Part shown: piece after piece, positions 58,750 through 64,000 of the stretch | Layout of the letters: each line of letters starts with the position of its first letter | Position numbering within the stretch: position 1 is the stretch's first letter | Sequence record: NZ_CP109675.1 | Origin: a plasmid | DNA length: 64,000 bases | Strand: one strand, 5' to 3' | The notes under the pieces: generated by a model | Seen by the model: only the letters and a program-made list of their open reading frames with translations | Told to the model about the DNA's origin: nothing | Database searches by the model: none | Position numbers and translations under genes: made by a program

Positions 58750-60771
58750 ATGGATTTAGTTTTAGATAATCATACTAAAAGCTATGCAGTACAAAATTAC
58801 CGGCAAGACATAGACGGTCTCCGCGCTGCCGCTGTCCTGCTTGTTATATTATTCCATGCAGGATTATCGTACTTCCCTTCGGGCTTTATTGGTGTTGATA
58901 TATTTTTCACCATATCAGGATTCCTGATTACCGGAAAAGTCATCAGTGAAATTGAAAGAGGAACATTCTCACTAACTAATTTTATAAAAGGCAGATTATG
59001 GCGATTGCAGCCTGCACTGCTGGTGACAATTCTCGGCGCCATCATTGTAGCGACATACTGCTACATTCCTGACGATTACACCGCATTCGCAAAAAGTGCC
59101 AAATACACCACTCTTTTCTTATCAAACCAGTATTTTGATAAGCTTAGTGCAGCATACGCATCTCCTGACTCTGATTACTTCCTGCTTTTGCATACATGGT
59201 CTTTAGCAATTGAATGGCAGTGGTATTTTTTCTTTGCGCTTTTCGCGACCATTTTGACACTGCTTGTCAGTAAATTTAAAAGAAAATTTGCGTATAAACC
59301 GTTCCTTTATGGCTGGTTGTTACTTACCTTAACTGCAACAATAATTGTTATTCTTATCAGCCTGTACTCGTCCAGTCAGCATTACTACTCATTAAATATG
59401 CGCGCTTTTGAGTTTCTGATTGGTGGAAGCGTAGCTTTATTAAAGGACAGAATTCAGATAACCAACAGATGGATAACTAATCCTCTGGCAGTAGTAGCTA
59501 TCGCTGTACTTATCTGTACTTCAGGTTTAAGCATACCAGTTGAGGCATATCCAAATAGCTGGACACTGCTTGTTTGCCTTGCCTCAGCAATATTACTGAT
59601 AAACCAGAACACATTCGTAAATCGAACTTTACAATTAGCACCGATAAACTACACAGGTAAAATTTCTTATTCTCTGTACCTCTGGCACTGGCCCATATTT
59701 GCAGCGTTCAATTATCTTGAGATCACTCTGTCCGGCAAGACACTGTGCATTGCGCTGGTGATAACTGCAGGACTGGCAGTGCTTACCTATCACGGTATTG
59801 AAGAGCGCTTCCGCCGGGTTAAGCTGTCATTTGCAAAGAGTATGATCCTGCTTGTATTGCTCCCCCTTACGGTCTGCACGGGCCTTTACACATTAACCGT
59901 GAAAACGAATGGTTTGCCACAGCGCTTCAGCGATGAATACAATCACTCGTTACAGCTGTTGAATTCCGCTTCCGAGAATGCCGCATCGAGGGATGGCTGC
60001 CTTAGTGGAAGCCAGGACCTTACGGACTGTCAGTTCGGCGACCATGAAGGTTCGAAGAAAGCCTTTCTGATTGGCGATTCAAATGCTAACCATTTCTGGG
60101 GTTTTTATGATGTCTTGGCTAAGAATGCTGGCATAAAAATGTACTCCCTCACCACGTCTTCGTGCCTGGCATTACCGGGAATTTATCAGTATGACTGGTG
60201 GAAATATAAAGGCGTCAAATATGAAGAATGTCATGATAACGCTGAGAAATATTATGATAATATAAAATCAAATCACTATGACTATGTTATTTTAGGGCAT
60301 GTGTGGTCAAATTATTTTTCTGCCCAGTTAATCACTAAAGATGAGGATGAGCGAAGTGAGGCACTCTCAGCCAGTCGATACGAAATGGCGTTACGTACAG
60401 CCATACGTACTATCATAGATTCTGGTTCAAAGCCAATAATCATGTTCACCATTGCGAACATGCCACGCAACTATCAAAACTGTATAAATCAGCATGTTAT
60501 TCATCGACGCCCATTTGACATCAATGAATGTGATATGCAAAACCCGGCAAATACCAACGGGGAAAAAGTCACGCAACTGATGAGTAAAATGAAGGCTGAG
60601 TTCCCAACGCTGACCTTTATTGATCCTAAATCAATACAGTGCATTAGTGGTAAATGCATTACAAATATTGATGGCGTAACTGTCTATCGTGACGTGGGAC
60701 ATCTTACCGACTATGCTTCCTATAAATTCGGTCAGCTGTACCTAAATGAATTTGGTAATCCATTAAAGTGA
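58750..60771 (+). CDS. OafA/YrhL-type membrane acyltransferase (acyltransferase-3 N-domain, multiple TMs, C-terminal SGNH-like domain)
   Basis: DGLRAAAVLLVILFHAGLSYFPSGFIGVDIFFTISGFLIT. About 10 TMs. 673 aa. AT-rich. Confidence 0.7.
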   Translation: MDLVLDNHTKSYAVQNYRQDIDGLRAAAVLLVILFHAGLSYFPSGFIGVDIFFTISGFLITGKVISEIERGTFSLTNFIKGRLWRLQPALLVTILGAIIVATYCYIPDDYTAFAKSAKYTTLFLSNQYFDKLSAAYASPDSDYFLLLHTWSLAIEWQWYFFFALFATILTLLVSKFKRKFAYKPFLYGWLLLTLTATIIVILISLYSSSQHYYSLNMRAFEFLIGGSVALLKDRIQITNRWITNPLAVVAIAVLICTSGLSIPVEAYPNSWTLLVCLASAILLINQNTFVNRTLQLAPINYTGKISYSLYLWHWPIFAAFNYLEITLSGKTLCIALVITAGLAVLTYHGIEERFRRVKLSFAKSMILLVLLPLTVCTGLYTLTVKTNGLPQRFSDEYNHSLQLLNSASENAASRDGCLSGSQDLTDCQFGDHEGSKKAFLIGDSNANHFWGFYDVLAKNAGIKMYSLTTSSCLALPGIYQYDWWKYKGVKYEECHDNAEKYYDNIKSNHYDYVILGHVWSNYFSAQLITKDEDERSEALSASRYEMALRTAIRTIIDSGSKPIIMFTIANMPRNYQNCINQHVIHRRPFDINECDMQNPANTNGEKVTQLMSKMKAEFPTLTFIDPKSIQCISGKCITNIDGVTVYRDVGHLTDYASYKFGQLYLNEFGNPLK

Positions 60772-60805
60772 ATATGGTGTACTTATAATATCTGATGGTA
60801 ACTTA

Positions 60806-60828
60806 AAGGGCACATTGTGCCCTTTTTA
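60806..60828 (+). terminator. rho-independent terminator
   Basis: AAGGGCACATTGTGCCCTT followed by TTTT. Confidence 0.7.
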
Positions 60829-60936
60829 ACGCACCAGTCCTTCTCTATAAGACACATCCACTATTCACGTCATCGAGATATACTTTGCCGTCTCAAAATG
60901 AGACACTCAATATATAAAAAAACCAGAGATATAGAC

Positions 60937-61434
60937 ATGTTTCGGACACTGTACATAATTAGTTTGCTCATCGTGACTTATCCGGTAAGTGCGGATATTA
61001 ACGGCAGGATTGTTCGTGTGCTCGACGGGGATACCGTTGAGATTCTTGGTGAGGGGAACCAGCTGAAGCGTGTTCGTCTTGCCGGTATCGATGCGCCTGA
61101 AAAGAACCAACCCTTTGGCCAGCGTTCCAGACAGGAACTCTCATCGATGGTGACACAGCGCATCGTTACCGTCACTGGCGAGGATGAGGATCGTTACGGC
61201 CGGCTGCTTGGCACGGTGTGGCTTGGCGCGAAGGATGTGAATGCCGAACAGATCCGTAAGGGACTGGCCTGGGCATATCGGTATCACGGAAAACCTGTCC
61301 GGAGCGACTACGCAACACTGGAAGACGAAGCCCGTCGTCAGGCTACAGGTCTCTGGTCAGTCCCTGGACAGACAGAACCCTGGCGCTGGCGAAGCAAGCA
61401 TCACGAGAGAGGTTCAATTAGCGACGCCCCCTGA
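60937..61434 (+). CDS. nuc: secreted thermonuclease (SNase/Nuc family)
   Basis: Signal peptide. VRVLDGDTVEI...RVRLAGIDAPE...RYGRLLG. Start re-called to ATG 60937. Confidence 0.8.
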   Translation: MFRTLYIISLLIVTYPVSADINGRIVRVLDGDTVEILGEGNQLKRVRLAGIDAPEKNQPFGQRSRQELSSMVTQRIVTVTGEDEDRYGRLLGTVWLGAKDVNAEQIRKGLAWAYRYHGKPVRSDYATLEDEARRQATGLWSVPGQTEPWRWRSKHHERGSISDAP

Positions 61435-62072
61435 TTCCGCACGTTGCCGACCGCAGGGGAAACTGGATGCCAGGTGAATGCCTCAGCAGGCACCGCCCCC
61501 TGTTTGGCCGTCCTGCCCGCCTCGTCACCACTGAGACTTTCGCGTAGCCATTCGCGCGCGGCATCCGGCGTCAGCACCAGAGGACGACGATCGTGGATAT
61601 CGATAAGCCCCTTGTCCGCTGCTGCCGTGACAATAACAAAGCCTTCCCCGTCATCCCTCAGACCAAACGGTCGTGCGCCAATGGCAGCCATGAATACGGG
61701 CTGACCGTCCCTGCGGTAAATGAAATACGGCTGTTTTTTGTTCCTCTGACGTACCCATTCATACCACCCGTCAGCAAACACAACGGCGCGGCAGCGTTCC
61801 CACAGCGGACGAAACATACGTCCCTCAGCTGCGGTTTCAACACGGGCATTAATCAGGGGCGCTTTGTGCCACCACTCTGGGGAATACCCCCACAGAACAG
61901 GTTCGAGCTGCAGCTGATCATTGCTTTCACTGAGCAACAGTACCCGGGTCCCCGGCGCCACGTTGTAGCGTCCGATAGGCTCCGGTACTGCAGAAAACCC
62001 GGCATCAACCTCACCGGCCAGATAAGCCAGGTATTCAGCGCGGGTCTGTGACTGAGAAAAACGTCCACACAT
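61401..62072 (-). CDS. SOS-response-associated peptidase (SRAP/YedK, abasic-site DNA-protein crosslink)
   Basis: N-terminal MCGRFSQ catalytic Cys2. 223 aa. 3' end overlaps nuc by 34 nt. Confidence 0.85.
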   Translation of the reverse strand: MCGRFSQSQTRAEYLAYLAGEVDAGFSAVPEPIGRYNVAPGTRVLLLSESNDQLQLEPVLWGYSPEWWHKAPLINARVETAAEGRMFRPLWERCRAVVFADGWYEWVRQRNKKQPYFIYRRDGQPVFMAAIGARPFGLRDDGEGFVIVTAAADKGLIDIHDRRPLVLTPDAAREWLRESLSGDEAGRTAKQGAVPAEAFTWHPVSPAVGNVRNQGASLIEPLS

Positions 62073-62228
62073 AAGCGTTTCCTGCCGTTAAAGGGTAAGT
62101 ATAGGAAAAATGGGAAGCATGGATTGTTTAACGGCAACGGCACAACGATCCGGACAGGGAAGGCAAAAGCAGGAAGGAACGGGACGTCTAAATAGTGTAT
62201 TCTTTTTATCAGGTTAAAGGAGACGTGA

Positions 62229-62558
62229 ATGACAGAGAACAACCAGGAACTTATCGCGGCAGGATTTACCAGTAAGGAAATAGCGAGAATCAAACGTCAC
62301 CAGGCGACGGGGGACTCGCTGGAAAAGGTGCTGAAGGATCTGGCCGGCTATTTCCTGTCGGTAGCCTGGATCTCCGGCGGGATGGTCATCATCACCCTGC
62401 TCACCGCGATTTTTGGCAGCGCCAGCCATGTTATCTCCTGCGTGGTTGCCGTCGTCTTTCTGCTGATTGTGTTGCTTCTGGTGATGCCGGTCAGACTTGG
62501 CTATAAATCATGGAAGCTGATGAGATCACATATCAGCGACTCCGGTCATCACGGGTAA
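62229..62558 (+). CDS. small membrane protein 109 aa
   Basis: AAGGAG RBS. Two TMs. Confidence 0.4.
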   Translation: MTENNQELIAAGFTSKEIARIKRHQATGDSLEKVLKDLAGYFLSVAWISGGMVIITLLTAIFGSASHVISCVVAVVFLLIVLLLVMPVRLGYKSWKLMRSHISDSGHHG

Positions 62559-63336
62559 GGAGTTCCAGTACCACCTTTGCACTGACCCCCCATCCCAGAA
62601 CCTTCATCGTCAGTTTGCCCGGAGACATGGTTTCCACCTTGCGGTAATAGTCTCCGGGAAGATAACGGAAAAGACGCCAGGCCTCAGCTTTCCCGGTCAG
62701 ACCAAACACACCATAAACGCTGGCTGCAAGCGTGGTTGCATTAAAAATCCCCAGCCCGACATCGCGGCTGAAACCCATAAACTCCGCTACGGACATGGCG
62801 CCGTCCGCCAGGATCCCCTCTGAAGCAGGTTCATTCAGGAGCTGACGGGCTGCTTCCCGTGATACCGTATTAAGGGCATCACCGACCAGAACGGCACCGG
62901 CAAGCATTCCAGCTGGTGTCATGGTGGCGATCATAACACCGCCAAACACAGCCTGTACGCCGGCCAGAACGACCTTAATGCCGGATATGAAGTATCCGAC
63001 AATTTTATTCTGCTCTGTTACGTACTGTATTTCAGCGTAGATCCGGGCATAACCGGTTTTCAGCATACGCGACTGTTCAAGTAGAAACTCATTTTCAGCC
63101 CTGAGGTTCTTCAGGCAGGAAATGCACTCTTCATCATTTCTTGCTCTCCTTGCCGCGTCAAACTGTTGCATGACAACCTGTCTGATTTCATCCACAAATT
63201 TCAGACGGGTCAGTGAATCACTGAGGTGCATGGCCGCGACGGTATTTGCGGTATTAACAAGCTTTCGGGCTTCCAGATTGATCATTGTATCAGCCCACTG
63301 GCGCCGGCTCTGACCGGGAAAAAGCGCGATATCCAT
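62533..63336 (-). CDS. hypothetical 267 aa with central hydrophobic segments
   Basis: AAGGAA RBS. 11 nt downstream of preceding gene. Confidence 0.4.
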   Translation of the reverse strand: MDIALFPGQSRRQWADTMINLEARKLVNTANTVAAMHLSDSLTRLKFVDEIRQVVMQQFDAARRARNDEECISCLKNLRAENEFLLEQSRMLKTGYARIYAEIQYVTEQNKIVGYFISGIKVVLAGVQAVFGGVMIATMTPAGMLAGAVLVGDALNTVSREAARQLLNEPASEGILADGAMSVAEFMGFSRDVGLGIFNATTLAASVYGVFGLTGKAEAWRLFRYLPGDYYRKVETMSPGKLTMKVLGWGVSAKVVLELLTRDDRSR

Positions 63337-63346
63337 TACATATTCC

Positions 63347-64000
63347 TTATCTGTCGTCAGGACGAGAAGTCATTAGCCTGCCTGCCTCAAATATTGCAGC
63401 TGCACGCCAGGACTTCACGTCTTCAGTTTTCTTACCGTCAACATACCAGTAGAGCCCGTCGGTACTTATTCGCTCAAAAAGAAAAGACATATCCCACACG
63501 TGTTCAGGGATTAACGTTCCTTCACCCGCCAGAATACCGGCCGTGATGGAGTGATTACCTCCCCGAACAAAACCAATGCGCCAGGGCAGCCAGAGTTCAA
63601 CATAATGGTTAGTACGATCCTGCTGCCATACTCTTCCTTTTGCCGTACCAATCCGGGACACATTATCGATATAACGGGAAAGACTCCACGGCCAGGGAAG
63701 AACCATATCGGAGGCCAGAGAAAGCGGGTAATCTTCTGGATTAACTTCTCCCGCCTTCATACTGCTATAGTCCTGAACCTCTGTGATGGCATTAAAGAAA
63801 AATTCCCCGGGTGTCAAATCCGGACGGGCATCGGTTCCTTCTTCTGCCACCGCGAGCAGGAAATCACTCTGCAAAGGGCGGACCATAGCGCGAATTAAAT
63901 CCGGCAAAGCCTGGACCGGCAGAGAAGACGCAACCGACAGCAGATGTTCAAAATTATTCTTAGCCGTGGTGAGCCTGCTGTACTTTCTGTTCCCTTTCCA
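63347..64000 (-). CDS. 3' part of a larger gene whose start lies beyond the window (track M at 63907 is an internal TTG)
   Basis: Frame stays open to the window edge. Confidence 0.4.
   Translation of the reverse strand, partial: WKGNRKYSRLTTAKNNFEHLLSVASSLPVQALPDLIRAMVRPLQSDFLLAVAEEGTDARPDLTPGEFFFNAITEVQDYSSMKAGEVNPEDYPLSLASDMVLPWPWSLSRYIDNVSRIGTAKGRVWQQDRTNHYVELWLPWRIGFVRGGNHSITAGILAGEGTLIPEHVWDMSFLFERISTDGLYWYVDGKKTEDVKSWRAAAIFEAGRLMTSRPDDR

Noticed and set aside
1-64000. CRISPR arrays, tRNA/rRNA genes, IS elements/transposases, integrons
   Set aside because: No regularly spaced direct repeats, no cloverleaf-like or rRNA-like segments, and no DDE/HUH transposase or IntI-like ORF were seen in any frame.

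Overview
This window appears to be a contiguous piece of an IncI-complex (R64/ColIb-P9-like) conjugative plasmid backbone, read entirely from gene order, protein sizes and motifs. Several starts in the ORF track use GTG/TTG, so I re-called start codons from RBS context where I could.

(1) 1-26.3 kb holds a Dot/Icm-like (MPF-I) type IV secretion block in R64 order: traH-traI-traJ-traK, sog primase, traL through traY, excA, trbA-trbB-trbC. It includes a DotB-like ATPase, a 1017-aa VirB4/DotO-class ATPase, a DotA-like 719-aa membrane protein, a DsbC-like CxxC protein and a 766-aa VirD4/DotL-type coupling protein.
(2) 27.1-30.4 kb: a MOBP relaxase (899 aa, HTDTDNLHVHIAVNRV motif) with a 111-aa RHH accessory protein (NikB/NikA-like), and oriT with an ATCCTG nick motif and adjacent inverted repeat.
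(3) 30.4-45.5 kb is a leading region, mostly minus strand. It carries ArdA, PsiB-PsiA, a 661-aa ParB-like nuclease-domain protein, a Hok/Mok type I toxin, two DUF905 proteins, an intact beta-class DNA methyltransferase, a C-terminally truncated HsdM-like methylase, an XRE-type regulator with two perfect palindromic operators, and several orphan ORFs. Each leading gene is preceded by long GC-rich repeated elements; one family of ~226 bp with terminal inverted repeats occurs four times. I interpret these as candidate single-stranded (Frpo/ssi-type) early promoters.
(4) 45.6-47.3 kb: a LexA-box-controlled impA/impB (umuDC-like) operon.
(5) 47.3-50.7 kb: two partition systems (stbAB actin-type with iterons; parA/parG-like flanked by inverted iterons) plus a ResD-like tyrosine recombinase.
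(6) 51.7-64 kb is a compositionally mosaic cargo region. It contains an AT-rich 1039-aa protein with an N-terminal multi-TM domain and no recognisable motifs, a GC-rich translationally coupled 94/406/217-aa operon preceded by iteron-like repeats, an OafA-type acyltransferase, a thermonuclease, a YedK-type SRAP protein, and a partial large gene followed by a small TM protein.

No CRISPR array, rRNA/tRNA or transposase was found. The most likely places for an undescribed system are the orphan 1039-aa membrane protein, the GC-rich three-gene operon, and the repeated hairpin elements of the leading region.
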